Origin: the human T2T-CHM13v2.0 reference genome, Homo sapiens
Assembly (NCBI RefSeq): GCF_009914755.1
Contig: NC_060929.1
Strand: one strand, 5' to 3'
DNA: 64,000 nucleotides
Part shown: positions 1-13,845 of the stretch, in pieces
Layout of the letters: each line of letters starts with the position of its first letter
Numbering within the stretch: position 1 is the stretch's first letter
Translations under genes and position numbers: made by a program
Notes under the pieces: generated by a model
The model's input: the letters and a program-made list of their open reading frames with translations, nothing else
Database searches by the model: none
Told to the model about the DNA's origin: nothing

Positions 1-361
1 AGCAAGGTGTAGAGGGTTTGTGAAGGGTTGATCTCATAAAGGAAGTTCTGTAGGTATAAGCAAGTTTGCTAAGATTTGAAGGGGATTATTTAATTTTTCT
101 GTATGTTGAACACTGAAATAAGAGCACACTAATGCAGGGCCAAAATCTGGGCTCACATGTCTGAATAACATGGTTTTCTTAGTGAATTGATCTACTGCTT
201 AACAGAAAATTATAAAAGATTAAAAAAGGTTTATTAAAATTTTACCTTATGGTTAAACTAAGATTGAATCAGTTTGTTTATAAGGTTTTATTAAGAATTG
301 GGTTTAATGTTACTAATACACTAATGCAAAGGTGAAACTTGGCTTTCTCTTTAGAACAAGA
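1..361. mobile_element. Probable ERV1 (MER4-group) internal fragment
   Basis: Text such as ggtgaaacttggctttctct..gaacaagatttt resembles MER4-group internal sequence; recognised by eye. Confidence 0.4.
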
Positions 362-631
362 TTTTTGGGAGGCCGAGGTGGGAGGATCACTTGAGGCTCC
401 AGAGTTCGAGACCAGCCTGGATAATACAGCGAGACCCCATCTTCACAAAAAATAAACACATTAGCCAGGCATGCTGGCATGTGCCTACAGTCCCAGCTAC
501 TGGGCAAGCTGAGATGGGAGATTGCTTGAGCCCAGGAGTTCAAGGCTCCAGTAAGCCATGTTCGTGCCACTGCACTCTAACCTGGATGACAGAGCAAGAC
601 CCTGTCTCAAAAAAAAAAAAAAAAAAAAAAA
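362..631 (+). mobile_element. AluJ-like, 5'-truncated
   Basis: Alu dimer motifs and poly(A) tail. Confidence 0.9.
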
Positions 632-779
632 GAGCAATAGGAGAATGGTGAGAAACATAAACTATGACAAAACCATGCAATAATCCATATACATTAAAAA
701 TAATGTTTACACACTATGTTAGTATGGGGAAATATTCTTACATTAACTATTATGTAACAAAAGCAGAATTTAAAACAGA

Positions 780-1045
780 TAATATAAAATCATAAAGAGT
801 ATAAAAATATGGGTATATATAAATACATATACATGCATATATTTTATATATAAGGACTCAGCTATATAAAAATATATACTTATATATAAAAAGATATGCT
901 TGTGTATATCTGTGTATTTATATATAAAATGATATGATTGTGTATTTATCTGTGTAAATATTGTGTATTTACACAGATGTACACAAGCATATCTTTTTAT
1001 ATATAAGGCTTCAGACATATATATGATATATAAATACACATACAT
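780..1045. repeat. TA-rich low-complexity / degenerate (TA)n region
   Basis: Repeated tatata/tgtgta runs; internal near-repeat tatatataagg(ac/ct)tcag. Confidence 0.8.
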
Positions 1046-1570
1046 ACAGAATAATAATCATAACAAGAAGATGCAAAGCACAGTGTGACTAATATCACCA
1101 CACAGTGTAAGTCTGGTAAACAAACATCAGTATTACTTTCATTATAGCCAAAGAAACTGAGGCTTTCCTAGAGTAAGTATTCTGTCTTATGATATACCGG
1201 CAATAAGTGGCCAATTCTGGGTTTTATGAGAAGCCACAATGCTGCCTAATGCCTGGAGGAAGTTTCTGTATAAGAATAGCTGATGGTAGAGTTAGGAAAA
1301 TTTGTGTTTGGCTTTCTTCACATTTCAACATTTTGTATAATAAATATATATTAAGAAAAATGCTACTTTATTAAAAATCAGGGAGAAAAAGAAAAGACAC
1401 TCTCCTCTTATAATTCAGAAGACTGTATTTTTTTAAAGTATCACTTCCATTATTTATATATTAAAAGGTTCCTACATGTTTTTCCATGTAGTCACATAAA
1501 AAAATTTCATGTTAAATATGATAAACTTTAAGTATGCAAGGATTAAAAAATATATATATATATAGATAGG

Positions 1571-2162
<592 letters not shown>

Positions 2163-2509
2163 AAATAATTTTTTTAGAAATCCTATACATGCTTTGGAAA
2201 AATGATTGATAACAAAGTTCAACAACTTGTCAGTGCTGAGATTGAAGGTATTTTATTTTTCTTTTTGTCAAATTTTTCTATAATAGTGCTTTGATAGTAT
2301 ACTTACATGACTAAATGAAAATATGAGAAGGAAAGACTAGAAACCCAATTACTAAAACAGAGGGGGAAAGACAAATAGCTCCTTCCTTTTTACCATAGTG
2401 GAAGGAATCCAAGAGCAACAGACCTGGGACCACTAATATAAAAGTCTTATAACTTTGTAATGGTGATTTTGCTATTTGTATTACTCTTTGTTCATCAGTT
2501 TTAGTAACA

Positions 2510-2710
2510 GTATGGCATAGCAGCTTAAGAACAGGCAGTTAAGAACTGAATTCTAGTTTTGCCATTCCCCATCTATGTAACTTAAAAACTTCTCTGAGCC
2601 ATATCTGAAACACAAAGATAACAATAATAAGTACCTCAAAGGATTATTATAAGATTAAGTGAAATAGTACACTTAAGTGCCTGGGACACAGTAAGGCAAC
2701 AATAAAAACT
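2510..2710 (+). mobile_element. MIR fragment
   Basis: Degenerate MIR core (ttctctgagcc...gtacctca...aagattaagtga). Confidence 0.55.
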
Positions 2711-3545
2711 AAATACTATTATTATTATTCATCCTATAATAGCAGGAAGAAACCCTTAAAATCAAAATGTTGTCTTTATCTTCAGCAGGAGACAGCAATG
2801 TTTTCCAACGCCAGGCTTTCACAGAGAAAGTCACAAGATACTGTGTTTGGCGATGGGTACAGATGAAAGAAGAAAAGAGACTAAGCAACTAGGATCAGAC
2901 ATAAAGAAAGATAAGAATGCATTAGAAGACACAGAGTGCATTAGAAGAACTCATATACAATTCCTTAACCAAGTAATTCAACAAATAATAGGCACTTCAT
3001 CAGGTATTGGGAGGGAAGCATTGAAAAAACTAGAAACGGTTCCTTTACCCTGAAGGGCATCCATACCACCAACTGATAAAAAATCTGTCCTTTGAAGCAA
3101 TAATACATTCAAGTATCTTCCTCAGGCACTACTTTTGTTATGTTTTATACTACATTTATTCATACACTTGGCCTTATTTTCTCTGTTGCTAAGTTAAAAA
3201 CTTGAAGTCAGAAACTTTTTCTTTTTCATACATATATCCCTTGGAGTACTGGCACTATATTCAGAACACAGTAGGTCAATAAATATTTATTTGATTGGTA
3301 TTCAAAAGCTGGGCAAACTAGCCTTTAAATATGAAGATCACAAGTTCTGATAAGTTTTTCTCACAAATTGTTTTTATCTATATTTGCCATAATTTCTCTA
3401 CTATACAATAAAACACCAAACTTTACAACTTAGGTAACTTTCTACAGACACAGAAGGTTTAAACCTTATTGGCTAACAATTGACTGTTGCTCACTAAGCC
3501 ACATTTTCTCATCCATAATTTCCCACTTGGCTTTCTTCACTTCTG

Positions 3546-3859
<314 letters not shown>

Positions 3860-4375
3860 TCTCTATTTCTTTATTAACTTTTTAAATTGAGAGGTGGCCA
3901 GATTTTGTTATTAAAGCAAAGTATTAAAGTGATATGTACAATTGAAGGGAGAAATAGAAAATTCAACCAAACAATAGCTGAAGACTTCAATACTTCATTC
4001 TCAATAATTGATGGCAGAAACAAACTGAAAATCAGCACGGACATAAAAGACTTAATTAAGACTATTATCTAAAGGTTATCTAACTTGACCTGATAGCTAT
4101 AGAACATTTCAACAAAAGCAGAATATATATTCTTTTCAAGTGCCATAAAACAGTCTCAATAAATTTACAAGAGGTGAACAAAGTAGGTTCTCCAACCATA
4201 ATGGAATTAAATTAGAAACCAACAGCAAAACAACTTTTGAGAATTCCATAAATATTTGTAAATTAAACAGCATACTTCTAAATAACTCATAAGTCAAAGA
4301 AATTACAAGCAAAATGTAAAAACATTTTGAAATGAATGAAACTGAAAATACAACAGATCGAAATTTGTCAGATTT

Positions 4376-4867
<492 letters not shown>

Positions 4868-6435
4868 TGTATATGGGCAAAAAATATATACAATTTAAGT
4901 GAAACCACGAATGAACTTCTCTTTAGAGAAGCCCTCACCATTTGAAAAACAAACAAACAAAAACACACATTACAAAATTCAGGAACAAAAGAGGGGACAT
5001 CACTAGCAACCTTATAAAAACTAAAAGGATTGTAAGTGTATAATATAAACAACTTGATTCTAGTAAATTAGGCCACTTAAATGCAACTAATAAATTCCTA
5101 AAAGACAAAAATTACCAAAATGGACTCAGAAACAAATAGAAAATCTAAATGTATAAAAGGTGAAGAAATTAAATTAGCAATTTAAAATATTCTTATTCTT
5201 AAAAGCCTGGATGCAGATGGTTTCACTAGTGAGTTCTACCAAACGTTTAGAGAAAAAAAGTAGTACTAATCTTCTGGAAACTCTTCCAGAAAATAGAGGA
5301 TGTGCCAATATTATCCTGATATCAGAGCTAGACAAAGACATCACAAGAAAACTAAAAAGCAATATTTCTCATGAATATAGACTCCAATGTCCATAATAAA
5401 ATATTGGTAAATCAAATCCAGCAACACATAAAAAAAATTATATACCATGACAGAGTGGGGATTGCTTCCTAGGAATACAATGGTTGGTTTAACATCTAAA
5501 AATTAATTAATGAAATCCATGACATTAATAGTTTAAAGATGAAAAATGACACGACAATACAATCTCAATAGACATTGAGAAAAAGCATATGACAAAATCC
5601 CACACTCATTCATGATTAAGGGATGGACAAAAAAAACCAAACCGTCTCAAAACTAGGAATAAAAGAGAACTGCCTGTCTCTAAAAGAAGTATTCGGTTAA
5701 ACAAAATAAAAATAAAAAGGGAACTTCTTCCATCTAATAAAGGGCATCACAAAAACCTTACAACTAACAACATACTTAATCATGAAAGATGCAATGTCTT
5801 TCCCCTAAGATCAGGAATAAGGCAACGATGTCCATGGTCACCACTTCCATGCAACATTGTATTGAAAATTCTAGCCAGTACAATGAGTCAAAAAAAAAAA
5901 AAAAAAGTTGGGGGCAGTGGGGACAAAAGGCATCCAGATTGTTAAGAAAGATTTAAAACTATCTGTTCACTGATAACATGAGCCTGTGTGTAGAAAACCT
6001 TAGGGAACCTATACAGAAAAATGAATAGACTAATAAGAGTTTCAGAAAGACCAAAGGATATAAGATCAATACACAAAAGCCAACCCCACTTCTATATGTA
6101 AGCAATGAGTAATCTGAAAAGGAAATTAAGAAAATAATTCCATTCAAACTTAAGCACTTGCAAATTTTTGATACTATAAATAACCTAGTTGATGGACATC
6201 CATGAATACATAAAGTACTTTCTGTATTTCAGATATCCATGTGGATAGATTTCTGGAACTTTATTTGCTTTCACAGTGACAGATACAAAGATACGGGCAC
6301 TGAATATAAAATGATGGATTCAGAGAACAATGATTGTGTTGTAAAAAGTATGACCAAAAATGTAAGGCAATTTTGGGTTCTGCTGCTTAACAGAGTTTCT
6401 TCTAAATAAACTCAAAAACAGTGAAGGTCACTCAC

Positions 6436-6604
6436 CTGCACAGCATGAGATAAATCTGACATCAGACACTGACGGAACCTCTCATCACTCCCAATTCCTT
6501 GAAGAACAAAGTCAGGCACATAAGATGAGCAGTAGCCACCCAGCAAGGACCTCCCGAAGTTGGCAATGTTGGGCTGAACAGCACTCACTTCGATTAACTT
6601 TGAC
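6436..6604 (-). CDS. FNIP1: FNIP1 exon 15 ([36 protein letters not shown]...SHAVQ), C-terminal DENN region
   Basis: tccag|G acceptor, CAG|gtgagt donor, 169 nt. Confidence 0.97.
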
Positions 6605-7477
6605 CTGGAAGAAAAATGCCCCCAAAAGACATTTAATTAGTAATAAATATATTTAACCAGTAAAAAAAAAAAAAAGTGAATTCTACTTGTCCATATTTTA
6701 CACTAGTCTGTATTAAAATCAAGTGTAAAATCATCCTTATATAATGGTAACAATCGTAAAAATTAAGAGTAAAATGGTAATAATAGTAAAATCAAGAGTA
6801 AAATCATCGTTATTTAAAAACTGGCTCAAGTGCTCTATCAGAAAATAAAATACTCCTTCTTATTCAGAGAAGAAGGTCTGATGAGCAACTGAGTAATGAA
6901 GTGAGGATCAATCTTTCCTAAGAGACTTTAAGAGAATTGTACCTTGTGTTTGTAGCACATTCTTAATACAATCAGATTATGAAAACAATCATCTAAAACA
7001 AAACAATTAAATGCCTCACAAGTCCAAAGCTAGGTATGTAATGTTTCTCAAGCATGAATATTCTCCTTGCATACTTGACCCAAAGTATACATTCTCTGTT
7101 TTCCTCTTAGTCTTGGCCAAATCTATTTCTAACAGCTATTCTAACATCTCAGGGATTAGTGCTCCCTAACTGCCAGGCTCAGCATATGTCCTTTGGGGGG
7201 CATAAGTCACTCCTAAATGGCTTGAAACCTTCTAAGCAGTAAGAAATCTTATACTTATCAACCAGATCCTTTAACTTTTATTTGAGGTCTTCATAAAACC
7301 TTTCCAGGGTGTTTCTGGAGCTTAGCCTTTACTCCTTCTTATGAGTTAAGAGAATATGAAAACAAGAGAGCTATCCAGAACAATGATCTCTTTTATACTA
7401 ACCTTCAGAGAACAGCTAAAAAAGAGAATGGTACATATTTATATAGGGCCCATTATAGGTGAAAACTTCCTACTTAC

Positions 7478-8897
7478 CCAGGAAAAGGTATCTCATCCTC
7501 TTCTGCCCAATCTTCTTGCTCTCCTCCATAATAACTGCTAACTTGTCTAGTCATATCATGACCTGTATCTTCACTTTCACTATCCCCAAGGGCACTGTCT
7601 GAACTTTCATTTCTTGGAATGTCCCATTCAGTTCCTACAGCAATTTTTTTATCTGAACTCTCTTTATCCCCATGGGGGACAAGAATGGAGAGTGTATCTC
7701 TTTGGTCCTGCTGAGGAAAGCAGGTTTTACATGAATCTTGGGGAACTGTTTCTATACATTTACAAAATTCATTGTTCTGCTTGTTATTTTTTGTACACAA
7801 TATTTTTGAAAACTCTAACATACAGCAATGGTCTTTACTATCTGTACTTGTTTTAAATGGAACATCATCAATAGTCCTGGTTTCGATTGAATCATCATTA
7901 AAATATTCGTCGAATAAGCTCATGCTTTCTGGGTCTGAATGATTCCAACAGGGAAGTTCACAGGGCTCTTCAGAAACCATGTTCTGTGTATCAGACTCTC
8001 CAGATTGGTCCTTGGTTGTTTGTTTAGTTTCTTGATGCTGATCAATAGCCCCTCTTTCTTCCTTCAATGGTTTGGTGTGATGTCTGGTAATCTGATCCAC
8101 CACTGCCTGACTTCGAAGCTCAGTATCTGAATCAGGTGACATAGAATCCCCAATCAGGAAAGTAACCTTTGTCTGGGCAGCCTCACAAGAAAATGAAGCA
8201 GGCACAATCTTATCTGGAGGTTTTTTTTCCACAACCATTCCTGTGGATCTCATTGCTTTGCCTGTGTGACTGTCTGAATCCAGCAACTTCTCACTCTGCC
8301 ATGTTTCCTCTGTTGACTCTAAGCCTGACTCTGACAATGCACATTTGTCTACTGGAACAGATCCTGTGCAAACAACTGTCTCTAACTTGGCGTCAAAGCA
8401 AGTTCTTAATTTATCTCTGTACTGTTTAACATCAACAGCATTTTCTTCTTGGCAGTCAGAAGGAGAAATCATCCGGCACTCATCTGAAATTCCTAGCAGC
8501 TCCTTAGAGCTGTTTTGAATATCTTCTCTCTCTTGTTGTGAAATGTTCTCTACATTTTGCCCAAGGAGTGGATGACTGCAATATTTACAGTTACAATTGG
8601 GAGTTCTAATTTCTTCTGACTCTTTAAAGAGCAAACTGCTTTTGTTTCTATGCATTGTGACAAGGACATACTCTGATTCTTCTATTTCACCTTTCTCTAA
8701 AGTGGTAGTAATTACTGTGCCTGGCATAACGATGGCTTCATCTTCTCCATTTTCTAAAAGATGCGTTTCTTGAAGTTCAGAGCATCTTATAAAATAAGTA
8801 AGAAAATAAAGTAGCCTCTGGACCATGTCTTGTCGTTTGCCAACTACCACAGTCCTTGCTAACCGTACGGGAGAGCCAATAGCGCCATACAAGTCTC
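7478..8897 (-). CDS. FNIP1: FNIP1 exon 14, large internal exon ([12 protein letters not shown]...EDEIPFPG)
   Basis: tacag|GA acceptor, TGG|gtaagt donor, 1420 nt; corresponds to the 472-aa ORF 7474..8892. Confidence 0.98.
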
Positions 8898-9016
8898 CTG
8901 TAATGGAAAAAATCAGTTATTGGACATGTCCTTTACTGACACAGCTAAGTAAGCTATTTTTAATGATCAGAAACCTACTTCTTTTACTGTATGAGTAATA
9001 GTTTAGGTTTTACTCG

Positions 9017-9328
9017 TTTTTTTGTTTTTTTTTTTTTTGAGACAGGGTCTCACACTGTAATCCTGGCTGGAGTGCAGTGGTACAATCATGGTTCACTGCA
9101 GCCTCAGCCTCCTAGGCTCAGGTGATCCTGCTACCTCAGCCTCCTGAGTAGCTGGGACTATAAGTGCGTGCCACCATGCCTGGCTAATTTTTTGTATTTT
9201 TTTTTTTTTGTAGAGACAGAGTTTTGCCATGTTTCCTAGGGTGGTCTTGAGCTCCTGGGCTCAAGCAATCCACTGGCCCTGGCCTCCCAAAGTGCTGGGA
9301 TTACAGGCGTGAGCCACCATGCCTGGCC
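9017..9328 (-). mobile_element. AluJ-like
   Basis: Antisense Alu about 120 nt upstream of the exon-14 acceptor. Confidence 0.92.
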
Positions 9329-9602
9329 TCACTCTTAGTTCTTTAACAGATGAGTGACTATTCAAGGGAGGAAGATGAGATGAATAATCTTAACCAGAGA
9401 GAAAGGTGAATTTAAGGGTTTTCTGGTTTCCTCTTTAAACAAATGCTATGGTTCAGAAACCTCAAGCAAAGAGTCAGTTCTGAAACTCACATATCCCAAG
9501 AATATTCTCTAACCCAGGCTCCATGCAGAGCATTTTTACCTTGTTAGAGAAGTACTGCCTGAAGTACTATGTACACAAGGATTCTGTAGCTGTGTCCAAT
9601 CA

Positions 9603-10054
<452 letters not shown>

Positions 10055-10405
10055 GTAAGTCATATCTCTGAACTTTAACTGTTGTTCCTCTAGCCAGCAC
10101 CCCACCCCACCAGCTCCCATGTTTGTAAAAGCCTATTTTCCCCTTCCATTCCCTAGAGGGTTGGGTACTCAGGATAGGCCAGAAAGGGCAGGAAGAGAGA
10201 GACTCATCCTTACTAAAAGGAAAAGAAAGGGCAACAAGTTCAGCCATGCAGTTCATTTTCACTTTTGAATCCATTCTAAACATGACTAGCCATTATGTTA
10301 AAAGCAGGGGAGGTGAGGGGGGCAGGACTAGAAATTAGCATTTCTATATTTATGCTATACTTCAAATTAAACCAGTAATTTCAGTGCCAAAACTATGGAG
10401 AATAG

Positions 10406-10737
<332 letters not shown>

Positions 10738-11842
10738 TTAATTCAATTTTTGAAGTTGTCAGTATACACATTTAAAATCCTCTATTTTTACTTTACAAAG
10801 CCCTCACACTTTTTAAAGGAACAAATATAAATAGGTCTCAAATAAATATAAGCTATAGATACTATTATGATAAATTTTCTCTTCTGGCTAACACACTGGC
10901 TCAAATATCACCATGCCACTGTTCTAAACTACTCCCATAATTCCCACAAATTACCAAGTAAGTTGAAATTGCTTTGGCATGGCAAGTGAGTCTTTCATGA
11001 TTCCCACTTTACTTTTCCAGCTTTATTTTCTTATACTTATCCTCCTTCTTGGCAGTCAGAAGAAGAAATCATCCTTATTCGCACAAAGCCCCAGTTAAAC
11101 TGGACCACTGAATATGCTCTGCACTTTTAACACCTAGACTCTTTACTCATGTGATGTCCTGTCCCTTTCCTCAATATCTCTGCCAGTCCATAGCTTCCCA
11201 CCTAAGCATCCTCACTTGGACAAAAGTAGGCTCCCCTGTTGAACTCTCACTAAACTTTTCATTTCTCTTATAGTTCCTCCTTGAATTATCATTGTTGTCT
11301 GCATATATATTACCTACAGTCTTAGACTGTCGACTTCTTGAGGGCAATTTCCAAATCATTCATCTTTACAGCCTCTGTGCTTTTTAAACAGAGCCTAGAC
11401 AGTCAACAAATGATTGTAGAATTAAAAAAGGATTTAAATGTCCCAATTTAAAAAATACTACTAATAATTTGATTTTAAAAAGGTCCATGCAATGGAATAC
11501 TACTCAGCATTAAAAAGGAATGAACCATTAATACATACAAAATAGGTGAATCTGAATTATATTGAATGAATGAGATCAAAGAAAGTATATACTGCATGAT
11601 TCCATTCATATAAAACTCTAGAAAATGCAAGTAATCTACCATGACAGAAAGTAGGCCAGTGGCTGCCTAGGGATGGTGGAAGAGGAACAGAGAAGTTGGG
11701 GAGAAGGAGATGGGGAGGAGGAGGAGGAGGAAGAGATTACAAAAAGGCATAAGGAAACTTTTGTAAGTGATGCAATATGATTACCATTTTGATTGTGGTG
11801 ATGGTTTCAGAGGCATATATGCGAAACTTATCAAATTGCTTT

Positions 11843-12422
11843 ATTTTTTTGAGACAGATTCTCGCTCTGTCACCCAGGCTACGGTGCAGTGGCATGATCT
11901 CGGCTCATTGCAACCTCTGCCTCCAGGTTCAAGGGATTCTCCTGCCTCAGCCTCCTAAGTGGCTGGGATTATAGGCGCCTGCCACCACGCCCAGCTAATT
12001 TTTTTTTTTTTTGAGACAGAGTCTTGCACTGTTGCCCAGGATGGAGTGCAGTGGCATGATCTCGGCTCACTGCAAGCTCCGCCTCCTGGGTTCACACCAT
12101 TCTCCTGCCTCAGCCTCTTGAGTAGCTGGCGCCCACCACCACGCCCAGCTAATTTTTTGTACTTCTAGTAGAGATGCGATTTCACCGTGTTAAGCCAGGA
12201 TGGTCTCGATCTCCTGCCCTCATGATCCGCCTGCCTCGGCCTCCCAAAGTGCTGAGATTACAGGCGTGAGCCACTGCGCCCAGCCATTGTTTTGTATTTT
12301 CAGTAGAGGCAGGGTTTCACCATGTTGGCCAGGCTGGTTTCGAACTCCTGACCTCAAGTAATCCACCCACCTCAGCCTCCCAAAGTGCCAGGATTACAGG
12401 CATGAGCCACTGCACCTAGCCC
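11843..12422 (-). mobile_element. Nested Alu: inner Alu (about 11999-12285) inside the A-rich linker of an outer Alu
   Basis: Outer right arm, complete inner Alu, then outer left arm. Confidence 0.9.
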
Positions 12423-12448
12423 AAACTGTGTACTTTAAATATGTGTTG

Positions 12449-12738
12449 GGCCAGGTGTGGTGGCTCATGCTTGTAATCCCAGCACCTTGGGAGGCCAAGA
12501 TGAGCAGATCGCTTGAGTCTGGGAGTTTGAGACCAGCCTGGGGGAACATGGCAAAACCCCATCTCTACAATAAATACAAAAACTAGCCTGGTGTGGTGTT
12601 ACGCGCCTGTAGTCCCAGCTACTTGGGTGACTAAGGTAGGGAGATCATTTGATCCCAGGGAAATTGGAGCTGCAGTGAGCCATGATCGTGCCACTGCACT
12701 TCAGCCTGGGCAAAAGAGTGAGACTTCATTAAAAAAAT
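12449..12738 (+). mobile_element. AluJ-like
   Basis: Full dimer. Confidence 0.92.
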
Positions 12739-13266
12739 GCATTTACTGTATGTCAATTATAACTCAATAAAATGGAAGGGAATGGGGGAGGGAACAAGGG
12801 AGAAAGCCAGTAGGGATGGAGGTTGGTTATATGAATTGATATATGTCATATGACATATTGCCATATGACAATCCACCTGGCAAGCTCAATCACAGAGCAA
12901 CCTAAGGAAAGTTACTACCCAGTCACCAAAATGTTCTCATCTTACTCTTCCCCCATCATCTAAAAGCAACAGAGTAGGAGCAGAGGTAATTAGCAGCTAC
13001 GTTTACGAGACACAGTCTCAACCATTTTACATGTATTATCTCTTTTAATTTTTACAACTTTTAAAGTATGTATCATCTACTATTATTCCTACTTTATGAA
13101 TAAGGAAACTGTGATTCAAATGTGGTGTGCCTGACTCCACAGCCTGTGTCTTTAGCACCCTGGTACAATCCCTCCCTATTGTCTATGAACTTATCAACCA
13201 TCTACTCTCCCCTCTGTTCCCCGACTTGTTTAGTGGTGCTTAACACTGAGGGAAACATTTTCCAAA

Positions 13267-13277
13267 ATGACTCAGCA
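13267..13277 (+). promoter_or_regulatory. Consensus ARE/NF-E2 (NRF2-sMAF/AP-1) motif ATGACTCAGCA
   Basis: Exact match to RTGACTCAGCA; motif only, no functional evidence. Confidence 0.3.
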
Positions 13278-13587
13278 AGTGAACAAAAGTGGATCAACAG
13301 AAACCTCAGTGAATTGCTTCACTCCTAACCAGATTGATTTTAGGTATCACCGGTGACTGTTGATTTATTCTTTCTTGCAAAGTACCTAACACAAAGTACA
13401 AAATCATAAAACATCCTGAAGATCTGAAGTTACTAGTAAACGAGCTATCAGCCTGCTCCTCTTGCTCTACCTGCAGTTCTTCATCTATAAGGAATGATTT
13501 CAGGTCTAAGACGAGGATAAGACAAATTGGCAGACATGAAAGGACAAGCAAAGCAGAGATGCTTTAGAATGCAGGAGGTAAAAGCAT

Positions 13588-13597
13588 TTTATTTATT
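13588..13597 (-). terminator. Overlapping double AATAAA, candidate intronic poly(A) signal in intron 13
   Basis: Minus strand reads AATAAATAAA about 80 nt past the exon-13 donor, with upstream UGUA motifs and a downstream GU/U-rich tract. Confidence 0.55.
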
Positions 13598-13675
13598 TTT
13601 GGTTTTGCTATAAAATAATTACAGATAGCTACAAAAAAGTCTAATACATAGTGTAACAGTTGTCAGATTACATAC

Positions 13676-13845
13676 CCAGTTGTGCCCAAAGTGGGTTATA
13701 TGGATGAGTCTTTGCCAACATGTCCACACTCTGAGAGGAATGCTTTTCTAAAAATATTTTTATAGGTGGTTGTCCATTTGGCATGACTGTTGGAACCCAG
13801 GCAAGATGATTGGTCAGAACTGCAGTAATGAGAGCTGGCAAGAAT
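13676..13845 (-). CDS. FNIP1: FNIP1 exon 13 ([21 protein letters not shown]...[10 protein letters not shown])
   Basis: ttcag|A acceptor, TGG|gtatgt donor, 170 nt; overlaps ORF 13668..13877. Confidence 0.97.

Larger units (their letters stand above)
11480..12772 (+). mobile_element. L1ME-like 3' end interrupted by three Alus
   Basis: aatggaatactactcagca...tgcatgattccattcatat...tgtcaattataactcaataaa. Confidence 0.7.

Noticed and set aside
7614-8429. + strand ORFs antisense to exon 14
   Set aside because: Shadow ORFs of the coding strand with no independent support.
7474-8892. 472-aa ORF as a stand-alone gene
   Set aside because: It starts at a TTG inside FNIP1 exon 14 and is bounded by splice sites; the stop comes from reading into the donor.
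8954-8964. MEF2-like CTATTTTTAA motifs here and elsewhere
   Set aside because: Expected by chance in AT-rich introns.
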